Of a DNA stretch of 64,000 nt, positions 23,795 to 35,498 are shown piece by piece; the stretch's first letter is position 1, and every line of letters starts with the position of its first letter. The position numbers were made by a program, and so were the translations under genes. The notes beneath the pieces are model-generated. The model had not been told where the DNA came from, ran no database searches, and saw only the letters and a list, made by a program, of their open reading frames with translations. This DNA is from Ranitomeya imitator. Taxonomy: Eukaryota. The stretch covers positions 719,200,001 to 719,264,000 of the forward strand of contig NC_091282.1 of assembly GCF_032444005.1 (NCBI RefSeq), written 5' to 3'.

Positions 23795-25074
23795 CAATAG
23801 CAAATGAGGTTTAATGGGGATAAATGTAAGGTCATGGATTTGGGTAGAAGTAAAAAGATGTATAACTATGTGCTTAATTCTAAAACTCTGGGCAAAACCG
23901 TCAATGAAAAAGACCTGGGTGTATGGGTGGATAACAAACTCATATTCAGTGACCAGTGTCAGGCAGCTGCTACAAAGGCAAATAAAATAATGGGATGCAT
24001 TAAAAGAGGCATAGATGCTCATGAGGAGAACATAATTTTACCTCTATACAAGTCACTAGTTCGACCACACTTAGAATACTGTGCACAGTTCTGGTGTCCG
24101 GTGTATAAGAAAGATATAGCTGAACTGAAGTGAGTGCAGAGAAGAGCGACCAAGGCTATTAGAGGGCTGGGGGGTCTGCAATACCAAGATAGGTTATTAC
24201 ACTTGGGGCTATTTAGTTTGCAAAAAGGAAGGATAAGGGGTGATCTTATTTTAGTGTATAAATATATGAGGGGACAGTACAAAGACCTTTCTGATGATCT
24301 TTCTAATCATAGACCTAAGACAGGGACAAGGGGGCATCCTCTGCGTCTGGAGGAAAAAAGGTTTAAGTATAATAACAAACATGGATTCTTTACTGTAAGA
24401 GCAGTGAGACTATGGAACTCTCTGCCGTATGATGTTGTAAAGAGTGATTCATATTTAAGAGGGGATTGGATACCTTTCTTGAACAGTATAATGTTACAGG
24501 TTATATATATTAGATTCCTTGATAGGGCGTTGATCCAGGGAACTAGTCTGATTGCCGTATGTGGAGTTGGGAAGGAATTTTTTTCCCCAATGTGGAGCTT
24601 ACTCTTCTTTGCCACATGGGTTTTTTTTTTTGCCTTCCTCTGGATCAACATGTTAGGGCATGTTAGGTTAGGCTATGGTTTGGACTAGATGGACTTAAAG
24701 GGACACTGTCACCTGAATTTGGAGGGAACAATCTTCAGCCATAGAGGCGGGGTTTTGGGGTTTTTGATTCACCCTTTCCTTACCCGCTGGCTGCATGCTG
24801 GCTGCAATATTGGATTGAAGTTCATTCTCTGTCCTCCATAGTACACGCCTGCGCAAGGCAAGATTGCACTGTGCAGGCATGCACTGCGAAGGACAGAGAA
24901 TGAACTGCAATCCAATATTGCAGCCAGCATGCAGCCAGCGGGTAAGGAAAGGGTGAATCAAACACCCAAAAACCCCGCCTCCATGGCTGAAGATTGTTCC
25001 CTCCAAATTCAGTTGACAGTGTCCCTTTAAAATCTTCCTTCAACCTTAATAACTATGTTGCTATGTTACTATGT
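23795..25074 (+). mobile_element. 5'-truncated, decayed CR1 LINE (RT C-terminus plus 3' UTR) with a nested MITE
   Basis: ORFs 23804-24133 and 24134-24688 (MRFNGDKCKV, EKDLGV, LYKSLVRPHLEYC, RGDLI) separated by a stop codon; tail ctatgttgctatgttactatg. Confidence 0.92.
24699..25026. mobile_element. 328-bp palindromic MITE, Kolobok/T2-like
   Basis: AGGGACACTGTCA / TGACAGTGTCCCT termini, TTAA TSD, long internal arms. Confidence 0.92.
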
Positions 25075-25408
25075 AAGTATGGAATTAATATTTATTAAAG
25101 GAGTCTGTGTCATTATTTCAACTAAAAGCACTTTATGCTGTGTGTGTTTTTGTTTTTAAATAATATGACTATGGGGTTAGTAATGGGGCGCGTCTTATAG
25201 ACGCCTTTCCATTACAAACCTCTGGGCCCTACAGGGCAAGTGGGAAGAGCGAGGCAAAGTGACAGAATTGGCACATCTTATAGATGCGCCTTTTCTTGGG
25301 TGGTTCAGAGCTGATGTTTTTAGCCTGGGGGGTAGTATTCATGGCCCCTTCCTAGGCTAGTGATACCAGCCCGCAGCTGTCTGCCTAGCCTTTACTCCTT
25401 ATTTAATT

Positions 25409-26548
25409 ACTAGATGGTGGCCCGATTCTAACGCATCGGGTATTCTAGAATATGCATGTCCACATAGTATATTGCACAGCCCACGTACTATATTGCCCAG
25501 CCACGTAGTATATTGCCCAGTCATGTACTATATTGCCCAGTCATGTATTATATTGCCCAGTCACGTAGTATATTGCTCAGCCACATAGTATATTGCCCAG
25601 CCATGTAGTATATTGCCCAGTCACGTAGTATATTGCCCAGTCACGTACTATATTGCCCAGCTGCATAGTATATTGCCCAGCCACAAAGTATATTGCCCAG
25701 CCACGTAGTATATTATCCAGCCACATAATATATTGCCCAGTCACGTACCATATTGCCCAGCCACATAGTATATTGCCCAGCCACGTAGTATATTGCCCAG
25801 TCACGTAGTTTATTGCCCAGCCACATAGTATATTGCCCAGCCACATAGTATATTGTCCAGTCACATAGTATATTGCTCAGTCACATAGTATATTGCCCAG
25901 TCACGTAGTATATTGCCCAGCCCGCGTAGTATATTTACCAGTGTGCGAAGTATATTGCCCAGCCCACATAGTACATTCCCCAGCCCACGTAGTATATTGC
26001 CCAGCCCGCGTAGTATATTGCACAGCCCATGTAGTATATTGCTCAGCCCGTGTAGTACATTGCTCAGCCCACGTAGTATATTGCCCAGCCACGTAGTATA
26101 TTGCCCAGTCATGTACTATATTGCCCAGTCATGTACCATATTGCCCAGTCACGTAGTATATTGCTCAGCCACATAGTATATTGCCCAGCCATGTAGTATA
26201 TTGCCCAGTCACGTAGTATATTGTCCAGTCACGTACTATATTGCCCAGCTGCATAGTATATTGCCCAGCCACAAAGTATATTGTCCAGCCACGTAGTATA
26301 TTATCCAGCCACATAGTATATTGCCCAGTCACGTACCATATTGCCCAGCCACATAGTATATTGCCCAGCCACGTAGTATATTGTCCAGCCACATAGTATA
26401 TTGCTCAGTCACATAGTATATTGCCCAGTCACGTAGTATATTGCCCAGCCCGCGTAGTATATTTACCAGCGTGCGAAGTATATTCCCCAGCCCACATAGT
26501 ACATTCCCCAGCCCACGTAGTACATTGCCCAGCCCACGTAGTATATTG
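25409..26548 (+). repeat. 20-21-bp minisatellite (tagtatattgcccagccacg, about 53 units) preceded by a Helitron/Helentron-like head
   Basis: Array 25466-26548. The head ACTAGATGGTGG-CCCGAT..ATCGGG forms a hairpin. The array is certain; the Helitron call is tentative. Confidence 0.8.
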
Positions 26549-27622
26549 CGTGACTCCCTCAGCGTCTCAGCATGCCACCAGCGCTCCAGGCAACAGAACG
26601 TGCACAGTGTGGGCACATCGTATGCCCAAGCAGCTTATTCTGCTCAGTCACGGTCTCCATTAGTGCCTCTGAAATTTGCCTCTACATATATTGTCAGCAT
26701 ACTCATGCATCTGATTATATGTCCAGATCCTACGCTCCAGATAAACTTGCTCTGAGGAAGGTCCACTAAGGACCGAAAACGTTTAGCAAGATACGAGCTA
26801 CAGCTGATCTGTTTGTCCTGATGCAAAATAAATGACTTTATTTTCTATAAGCATTATTGAGTGCCAAGCTTTTAGACTACTAACATGTCCGATGAAACAG
26901 AGTCATGTGAATCGATCCCCCATCTCACGGATCCATTAACATAAAGCACTGTGCAAACGTTTTAGACAAGTGTGAAAAAATGCTGCAAAGTACGACTGCA
27001 TTCAAAAACAGAAATATTAATAGTTAAAGGGATCCTGTTTTGTCATTTTTAGCATCTAAACTGTCCCCAGTTCGTGGTTAGTGATGCAATTTGGATCACT
27101 AGCACGTTTCGTTTTTTTAATTAAAAAAGTAGCTGCAATCATGTGAAAAAAACACTTTATATAGTTAGATCGCACCTGCTCATTTAGTCATATAGGGGTG
27201 TGCTTCATTTCGTTCAGTCACGGCTGTCGCCGCTCACGCAATTTGAATGATGTTCTCGGGGTTGCAGTGACATCACTTGAATCCGCTTTGAAATCCCGCA
27301 CTTGCTCGGTGTGCATCGTGGAGCCGTGCTTGCGCAGTTCTGATCGGGCAACAGCACATGCGCCATGGGTACTACACATGGCTTCAGTGCACATTCAGCA
27401 GGAGCCGCTCATCACGGCGCATGTTTAGCTCTCCGATCAACTCTGCACGAGCAAATCGATAGGGGAATACTGTATAAATTAAGCAGCAAAATATGACACA
27501 TATATATTACACATAATACCTAGCAGATATTTTACATATAATACACATATATTACACTTATCAATGTGGAAGCATCTCCATGCATGGAACTCTAGGAGAG
27601 CAGTAAGTATTTGGCATCATAA

Positions 27623-27999
27623 GGGTACGTGTCCACGTTCAGGATGGCTGGCGGTTTTGACGGAGCGGCAAAATCGCTCCGCCCCCTTCTGGAGACGCGA
27701 TGATGTCGGATGTGTTCATTGCACACATCCGGAATCATCGCACCCCACACATAGGGCCCTGTGTTATACCTTGCGGCGGCACAGCGTCGCCGCAAGGTAA
27801 ACGGACATGCTGCGATCTAAAAAGATGCGCCGCATGTCCGGAATCGCATGGTCGCCATATGCGTGTTACCACGCATTGTGGAGATGAGATTTCATGAAAT
27901 CCCCTCCACTATGCTGTAACATCTGGACGCTGCGTGTTTGACGCTGCGTCTCTATGCAACGTCAAACACGCAGCGCTACCTGAACGTGGAAACATACCC
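27623..27999. mobile_element. Harbinger-like MITE
   Basis: GGGTACGTGTCCACGTTCAGG / CCTGAACGTGGAAACATACCC termini. Confidence 0.8.
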
Positions 28000-28003
28000 T
28001 TAA

Positions 28004-28331
28004 AGGGACACTGTCACCTGAATTTGGAGGGAACAATCTTCAGCCATGGAGGCGGGGTTTGGGGTTTTTTGATTCACCCTTTCCTTACCCGCTGGCTGCA
28101 TGCTGGCTGCAATATTGGATTGAAGTTCATTCTCAGTCCTCGGTAGTACACGCCTGCACAAGGCAATCTTGCCTTGCGCAGGCGTGTACTATGGAGGACA
28201 GAGAATGAACTTCAATCCAATATTGCAGCCAGCATGCAGCTAGCGGGTAAGGAAAGGGTGAATCAAAAACCCCAAAACCCCGCCTCCATGGCTGAAGATT
28301 GTTCCCTCCAAATTCAGGTGACAGTGTCCCT
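28004..28331. mobile_element. Second copy of the 328-bp palindromic Kolobok/T2-like MITE
   Basis: Same termini and length as 24699-25026; TTAA TSD. Confidence 0.92.
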
Positions 28332-28749
28332 TTAAGATTCTTCAGCCTGGCAGTACATTTCATGAGCCCCTTTCCCCTATCTCTGGTGGGAGATGTTCCC
28401 CCCCTATAGTCTGGCATCCTGTGGTATATAGCTGAGTCCACATGTTGCAGAATAAAAAGCAGTTGATTTCAAAGCATGCTGAAGATATTTAATTCCAGTG
28501 CATGCCCATTATTATAGCCAATGTTTTCCCAAATCAGAATTCATCTTTAGTCAGAACTCCTTGGCGTCAGCAAAATACAAACAATGAGTTCTATGGCCTT
28601 TATCCTCAATGAATTAATTTTTCTGGCTAGACACAGGCTTGGACTGGCCCACAGAAGAACAGGAGAATCCTCCATTGGGACAATGTGCAGGAGTGGACCA
28701 CCACCCTCTTGTATGAGCAGTACTTGGCACTATATTCTTGAATCACTAT

Positions 28750-28945
28750 GTAATAATAATAATAATTTTATTTATATAGCGCCAACATATTCCGCAGCGC
28801 TTTACAAATTATAGAGGGGACTTGTACAGACAATAGACATTACAGCATAACAGAAATACAGTTCAAAACAGATACCAGGAGGAGTGAGGGCCCTGCTCGC
28901 AAGCTTACAAACTATGGGGAAAAGGGGAGACACGAGAGGTGGATG
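28750..28945 (-). mobile_element. L2-like LINE/SINE 3' end
   Basis: (AAT)n tail plus tttatatagcgccaacatattccgcagcgctttaca. Confidence 0.7.
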
Positions 28946-29539
28946 TACAGACAAATGCAGCATCTTATTGATTTAACAATCTACCCCGTTCATTGCTATA
29001 TAAATTTGTGATTGATGGTAACGTCACATTTGCATGTAACAGAAAGGTGGGACCTGGTGTTAGTTACTGGAGGGCTCTTGGCATCCCAGTCCGACACTGG
29101 CTTGACATGCTTTGTTTTTGCTGTTCCTAAAACATATCACAGTGTCTGTCACCAGATTATGCTCTCTAGGTAAAATATGGTTATGGGAAAATGTCCGTTG
29201 CACAATTAGTCCAATGGAAACAAAAACTTACCGATAGGCAAATAACACCTTGCGAAGAAAACCGAAAACTGATAGTTATGAACCCACTTTTATTCATGAT
29301 TGGCTTCCTAATCATCAGTATCAGAGGGATGCCATTAATTTGTATGTACAGTGGGTACGGAAAGTATTTATACCCCTTAAAATTTTTCACTCTTTGTTTC
29401 ATTTCAGCCATTTGGTAAATTCAAAAAAGTTCATTTTCTTACATTAATGTACACTCTGCACTCCAGCTGGACTGAAAAAAACAAATGTAGACATTTTTGC
29501 AAATTTAATTAAAAAAAAAATACTGAAATATCACATGGT

Positions 29540-30391
29540 CATAGTAACATAGTAACATAGTTAGTAAGGCCGAAAAAAGACATTTGTCCATCCAGTTCAG
29601 CCTATATTCCATCATAATAAATCCCCAGATCTACGTCCTTCTACAGAAACTAATAATTGTATGATACAATATTGTTCTGCTCCAGGAAGACATCCAGGCC
29701 TCTCTTGAACCCCTTGACTGAGTTCGCCATCACCACCTCCTCAGGCAAGCAATTCCAGATTCTCACTGCCCTAACAGTAAAGAATCCTCTTCTATGTTGG
29801 TGGAAAAACCTTCTCTCCTCCAGACGCAAAGAATGCCCCCTTGTGCCCGTCGCCTTCCTTGGTATAAACAGATCCTCAGCAAGATATTTGTATTGTCCCC
29901 TTATATACTTATACATGGTTATTAGATCGCCCCTCAGTCATCTTTTTTCTAGACTAAATAATCCTAATTTCGCTAATCTATCTAGGTATTGTAGTTCTCC
30001 CATCCCCTTTATTAATTTTGTTGCCCTCCTTTGTACTCTCTCTAGTTCCATTATATCCTTCCTGAGCACCGGTGCCCAAAACTGGACACAGTACTCCATG
30101 TGCGGTCTAACTAGGGATTTGTACAGAGGCAGTATAATGCTCTCATCATGTGTATCCAGACCTCTTTTAATGCACCCCATGATCCTGTTTGCTTTGGCAG
30201 CTGCTGCCTGGCACTGGCTGCTCCAGGTAAGTTTATCATTAACTAGGATCCCCAAGTCCTTCTCCCTGTCAGATTTACCCAGTGGTTTCCCATTCAGTGT
30301 GTAATGGTGATATTGATTCCTTCTTCCCATGTGTATAACCTTACATTTATCATTGTTAAACCTCATCTGCCACCTTTCAGCCCAAGTTTCC
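29540..30391 (-). mobile_element. CR1 3' fragment, same young family as 4166-7499
   Basis: Same tail. About 11 differences over ~850 bp by eye. Confidence 0.95.
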
Positions 30392-30512
30392 TAAGTCAGG
30401 TCCTAAGTGTTAAGACCCTTTGCTCAGACACTCATATTTAAGTCACATGCTCTCCATTTCCTTGTGATCCTCCATGAGATGGTTCTACTCCTTGCAATTG
30501 TGGGAGAAGATC

Positions 30513-31335
30513 TGTTATGACCTGGTGGTCAGGACAATAATGGACCTGGTGGTTAAGAGCACACGGAATGACCTGATAGTTACTAATAATATAGGACGAG
30601 CTCTGAGACGTGGGAACTCTGCTGACCGCAATCCCTAATCCTATCACACACACTAGAAATAGCCGTGGAGCGCTCCTGACGCTCCCTAGGCGCCTCATCA
30701 CAGCCTAAGGAACTAGCTAGCCCTAAAGATAGAAAAATAAAGCCTACCTTGCCTCAGAGAAATTCCCCAAAGGAAAAGGCAGCCCCCCACGTATAATGAC
30801 TGTGAGTAAAGATGAAAATTACAAACACAGAAATGAAATAGATTTAGCAAAGTGAGGTCCAACTTCCTGAACAGACAGAGGATAGGAAAGGTAGCTTTGC
30901 GGTCAGCACAAAAAACTACAAAAAGACCACGCAGAGGGTGCAAAAAGACCCTCCGCACCGACTCACGGTGCGGAGGCGCTCCCTCTGCGTCCCAGAGCTT
31001 CCAGCAAGCAAGACAACAATCAAAATAGCAAGCTGGACAGAAAAATAGCAAACCAAAGAAAAACAAGCAGGAACTTAGCTTCTGCTGGGAAGACAGGTCA
31101 CAAGAACGATCCAGGAGTGAACTAGACCAATACTGGAACATTGAGAGGTGGCATGGAGCAATGATCTAGGTGGAGTTAAATAGAGCAGCCAGCTAACGAA
31201 TTAACCTCGTCACCTGTGGAAGGAACCTCAGAAGCCGCAGCCCCACTCACAACCACCAGAGGAAGCCCATGGACAGAACCAGCCGAAGTACCATTCATGA
31301 CCACAGGAGGGAGCTTGACATCAGAATTCACAACA
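30513..31335 (-). repeat. 3' LTR of the chromovirus
   Basis: TGTT...AACA; adjacent to the PPT (minus strand GGGGGGGGTAC). Confidence 0.95.
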
Positions 31336-32084
31336 GTACCCCCCCCTTGAGGAGGGGTCACCGAACCCTCACCAGAGCCCCCAGGCCGACCAGGACGAGC
31401 CAAATGAAAGGCACGAACCAGATCGGCAGCATGAACATCGGAGGCAAAGACCGAGGAATTATCTTCCTGACCATAACCCTTCCACTTGACCAGGTACTGG
31501 AGTTTCCGTCTCGAAATACGAGAATCCAAAATCTGCTCCACCACATACTCCAACTCCCCCTCAACCAACAACGGGGCAGGAGGATCAACGGATGGAACCA
31601 CAGGCGCCACGTATCTCCGCAACAATGACCTATGGAATACATTATGGATGGCAAAAGAAGCTGGAAGGGTCAAACGAAACGACACAGGATTGAGAACCTC
31701 AGAAATCTTATACGGACCAATGAAACGAGGCTTAAACTTAGGAGAGGAAACCTTCATAGGAACATAACGAGACGACAACCAAACCAAATCCCCAACGCGA
31801 AGTCGGGGACCCACACAGCGCCGGCGGTTAGCGAAACGCTGAGCCTTCTCCTGGGACAATGTCAAATTGTCCACCACATGAGTCTAAATCTGCTGCAACC
31901 TATCCACCACAGTATCTACACCAGGACAGTCCGAAGACTCAACCTGCCCTGAAGAGAAACGAGGATGGAAACCAGAATTGCAGAAAAACGGCGAAACCAA
32001 AAGTAGCCGAGCTGGCCCGATTATTAAGGGCGAACTCAGCCAAAGGCAAAAAGGACACCCAATCATCCTGATCAGCAGAAACAA
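31176..32084 (-). pseudogene. Integrase C-terminus (GPY/F) and chromodomain; one in-frame TAG at 31884
   Basis: SPFFCNSGFHP, RVGDLVWLS, FIGPY, HNVFH, EYVVEQILDSR...LQYLVKWKGYG. Confidence 0.9.
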
Positions 32085-34740
32085 AGCATCTCAGATATGT
32101 TTCCAAAGTCTGATTAGTTCGTTCGGTTTGGCCATTTGTCTGAGGATGGAAAGCCGAGGAAAAAGACAAATCAATGCCCATCCTAGCACAAAAGGCTCGC
32201 CAAAACCTCGAAACAAACTGGGAACCTCTGTCCGAAACGATGTTCTCCGGAATGCCATGTAAACTAACCACATGCTGGAAAAACAATGGCACCAAATCAG
32301 AGGAGGAAGGCAATTTAGACAAGGGTACCAAATGGACCATCTTAGAGAAGCGATCACAAACCACCCAAATGACCGACATCTTTTGAGAGACAGGGAGATC
32401 CGAAATAAAATCCATAGAGATATGCGTCCAGGGCCTCTTCGGGACCGGCAAGGGCAAAAGCAACTCACTGGCACGAGAACAGCAGGGCTTAGCCCGAGCA
32501 CAAGTCCCACAGGACTGCACAAAAGAACGCACATCCCGCGACAAAGATGGCCACCAAAAGGATCTAGCCACCAAATCTCTGGTACCAAAGATTCCCGGAT
32601 GACCAGCCAACACCGAACAATGAACCTCAGAGATAACTCTACTAGTCCATTTATCAGGGACAAACAGTTTCTCCGCTGGGCAACGGTCAGGTCTATCAGC
32701 CTGAAATTTTTGCAGCACCCGCCGCAAATCAGGGGAGATGGCAGACAAAATTACCCCCTCTTTGAGAATACCCACCGGCTCAGGAACACCCAGAGAGTCA
32801 GGCACAAAACTCCTTGACAGGGCATCAGCCTTCACATTCTTAGAGCCTGGAAGGTACGAAACCACAAAATCAAAACGGGAGAAAAATAGCGACCAACGAG
32901 CCTGTCTAGGATTCAACCGTTTGGCAGACTCGAGATAAGTCAAATTCTTGTGATCCGTCAAGACCACCACGCGATGCTTGGCTCCTTCAAGCCAATGACG
33001 CCACTCCTCGAATGCCCACTTCATGGCCAACAACTCTCGATTGCCAACATCATAATTGCTCTCAGCTGGCGAAAACTTTCTAGAAAAGAAGGCACATGGT
33101 TTCATCACTGAGCCATCAGAACTTCTTTGCGACAAAACAGCCCCTGCTCCAATCTCAGAAGCATCAACCTCGACCTGAAATGGAAGCGAAACATCTGGCT
33201 GGCACAACACAGGGGCAGAAGAAAAACGACCCTTCAACTCCTGAAAAGCTTCCACAGCCGCAGAAGACCAATTGACCACATCAGCACCCTTCTTGGTCAA
33301 ATCGGTCAACGGTTTAGCAACACTAGAAATATTATTGATGAAGCGACGATAAAAATTAGCAAAGCCCAGGAACTTTTGCAGACTCTTCACAGATGTCGGC
33401 TGAGTCCAATCATAAATGGCCTGGACTTTAACAGGGTCCATCTCGATAGTAGAAGGGGAAAAAATGAAACCCAAAAATGAAACCTTCTGAACTCCAAAAA
33501 GACACTTTGACCCCTTCACAAACAAAGAATTCGCACGAAGGACCTGGAACACCATTCTGACCTGCTTCACGTGAGACTCCCAATCATCCGAGAAGACCAA
33601 AATATCATCCAAATATACAATCAGGAATTTATCCATGTACTCTCGGAAGATGTCATGTATAAAGGACTGAAATACCGATGGAGCATTGGAAAGCCCAAAT
33701 GGCATAACCAGGTACTCAAAATGGCCCTCGGGTGTATTAAATGCTGTTTTCCATTCATCGCCCTGTTTAATACGCACAAGATTATACGCACCACGAAGAT
33801 CTATCTTGGTGAACCAACTAGCCCCCTTAATCCGAGCAAACAAATCAGACAGCAGCGGCAAAGGGTACTGAAATTTGACTGTGATCTTATTAAGAAGGCG
33901 GTAATCAATACAAGGTCTCACAGAACCATCCTTCTTGGCCACAAAAAAGAACCCTGTTCCCAATGGTGACAACGACGGGCGAATATGACCCTTCTCCAAG
34001 GATTCCTTTACATAACTCCGCATAGCGGCGTGCTTTGGCACAGATAAATTGAACAGTCGACCCTTAGGAATCTTACTACCAGGAATCAAATTGATAGCAC
34101 AATCGCAATCCCTATGAGGAGGTAGTGCACTGGATTTGGGCTCATCAAATACATCCCGGTAATCCGACAAAAACTCCGGGACTTCAGAAGGGGTGGATGA
34201 CGAAATAGACAAAAACGGAACATCACCATGTACTCCCTGACAACCCCAGCTGGATACAGACATAGATTTCCAATCCAATACTGGATTATGGACCTGTAGC
34301 CATGGCAACCCCAAAACGACCACATCATGCAGATTATGCAACACCAAAAAGCGAATATCCTCCTGATGTGCAGGAGCCATGCACATGGTCAATTGGGTCC
34401 AGTACTGAGGCTTATTCTTGGCCAAAGGCATAGCATCAATTCCTCTCAATGGAATAGGATACTGCAAGGGCTCCAAGAAAAAACCACAGCGCCTAGCAAA
34501 CTCCAAGTCCATCAAATTCAGGGCAGTGCCTGAATCCACAAATGCCATAACAGAATAGGATGACAAAGAGCAGATCAGAGTAACAGACAAAAGAAATTTC
34601 GACTGTACCGTACCAATGGTGGCAGACCTAGCGAAACGCTTAGTGCGCTTAGGACAATCGGAGATAGCATGAGTGGAATCACCACAGTAAAAACACAGCC
34701 CATTCCGACGTCTGTGTTCTTGCCGTTCAGCTCTGGTCAA
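31939..34740 (-). CDS. Gag zinc knuckle, protease, RT, RNase H and integrase core (933 aa, frameshifted near 31995)
   Basis: CFYCGDSTHAISDC, VDSGTA, IDYRLLN, MPFGL, YLDD, VDASEIGAG, HCSVLAGH...CGTC, SDRGSQF, QTNGQTER. Confidence 0.93.
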   Translation of the reverse strand: MTRAERQEHRRRNGLCFYCGDSTHAISDCPKRTKRFARSATIGTVQSKFLLSVTLICSLSSYSVMAFVDSGTALNLMDLEFARRCGFFLEPLQYPIPLRGIDAMPLAKNKPQYWTQLTMCMAPAHQEDIRFLVLHNLHDVVVLGLPWLQVHNPVLDWKSMSVSSWGCQGVHGDVPFLSISSSTPSEVPEFLSDYRDVFDEPKSSALPPHRDCDCAINLIPGSKIPKGRLFNLSVPKHAAMRSYVKESLEKGHIRPSLSPLGTGFFFVAKKDGSVRPCIDYRLLNKITVKFQYPLPLLSDLFARIKGASWFTKIDLRGAYNLVRIKQGDEWKTAFNTPEGHFEYLVMPFGLSNAPSVFQSFIHDIFREYMDKFLIVYLDDILVFSDDWESHVKQVRMVFQVLRANSLFVKGSKCLFGVQKVSFLGFIFSPSTIEMDPVKVQAIYDWTQPTSVKSLQKFLGFANFYRRFINNISSVAKPLTDLTKKGADVVNWSSAAVEAFQELKGRFSSAPVLCQPDVSLPFQVEVDASEIGAGAVLSQRSSDGSVMKPCAFFSRKFSPAESNYDVGNRELLAMKWAFEEWRHWLEGAKHRVVVLTDHKNLTYLESAKRLNPRQARWSLFFSRFDFVVSYLPGSKNVKADALSRSFVPDSLGVPEPVGILKEGVILSAISPDLRRVLQKFQADRPDRCPAEKLFVPDKWTSRVISEVHCSVLAGHPGIFGTRDLVARSFWWPSLSRDVRSFVQSCGTCARAKPCCSRASELLLPLPVPKRPWTHISMDFISDLPVSQKMSVIWVVCDRFSKMVHLVPLSKLPSSSDLVPLFFQHVVSLHGIPENIVSDRGSQFVSRFWRAFCARMGIDLSFSSAFHPQTNGQTERTNQTLETYLRCFVSADQDDWVSFLPLAEFALNNRASSATFGFAVFLQFWFPSSFLFRAG

Positions 34741-34744
34741 AGTC

Positions 34745-35492
34745 TGTTGTGAATTCTGTGGCTGAGTTCACTTCTGTGGTCACAAGTGGTATTGCAGTCT
34801 CTGGGCTTCCTCCCTCAGGTGTTTTGGTGAGCTCGTTGGCTGCCTTGCTATTTAGCTCCACCTGAGTCTGTCTTCCTTGCTCCTTGTCAATGTTCCAGTG
34901 TTGGATCTGAGCTACTGCATCTTTCCTTGGGCCTGCTGCTCTGCTAGATAAGTGCTTCTAGTTTGTTTTCTGTTTTTTCTGTCCAGCTTGTTATTATCTT
35001 TTGCTGGAAGCTCTGAGAAGCAAAGGGGTGCACCGCCGTGCTGTTAGTTCGGCACGGTGGGTCTTTTTGCCCCTTTGCGTGGTTTTCGTTTTAGGGTTTT
35101 TTGTAGACTGCATAGTTCTCTTTGCTATCCTCGCTCTGTCTAGAATATCGGGCCTCACTTTGCTGAATCTATTTCATTCCTACGTTTGTCTTTTCATCTT
35201 GCTAACAGTCATTATATGTGGGGGCTGCCTATTCCTTTGGGGTATTTCTCTGAGGTAAGTCAGGCTTGTATTTCTATCTTCAGGCTAGTCAGCTCCTCAG
35301 GCAGTGCCGAGTTGCATAGGTAGTTGATAGGCGCAATCCACTGCTGCTTCCAGTTGTGTGAGGATAGATCAGGTACTGCAGTCTACAGAGATTCCACGTC
35401 TCAGAGCTCGTCCTATTGTTTTGGGTTATTGCCAGATCTCTGTATGTGCGCTGATTACTGCACGCTGTGTTGCCTGATTGCCAGCCATAACA
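34745..35492 (+). mobile_element. Solo LTR of a related chromovirus family, inserted antisense into gag
   Basis: TGTTGTGAATTCTG...ATAACA (748 bp); AAAGTC on both sides. Confidence 0.92.
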
Positions 35493-35498
35493 AAAGTC

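Noticed and set aside
11430-26548. Tandem arrays as CRISPR loci
   Set aside because: The units repeat head to tail with no unique spacers, there are no cas genes, and the context is eukaryotic.
25577-26755. Many overlapping repetitive ORFs
   Set aside because: They are translations of the 20-21-bp minisatellite.
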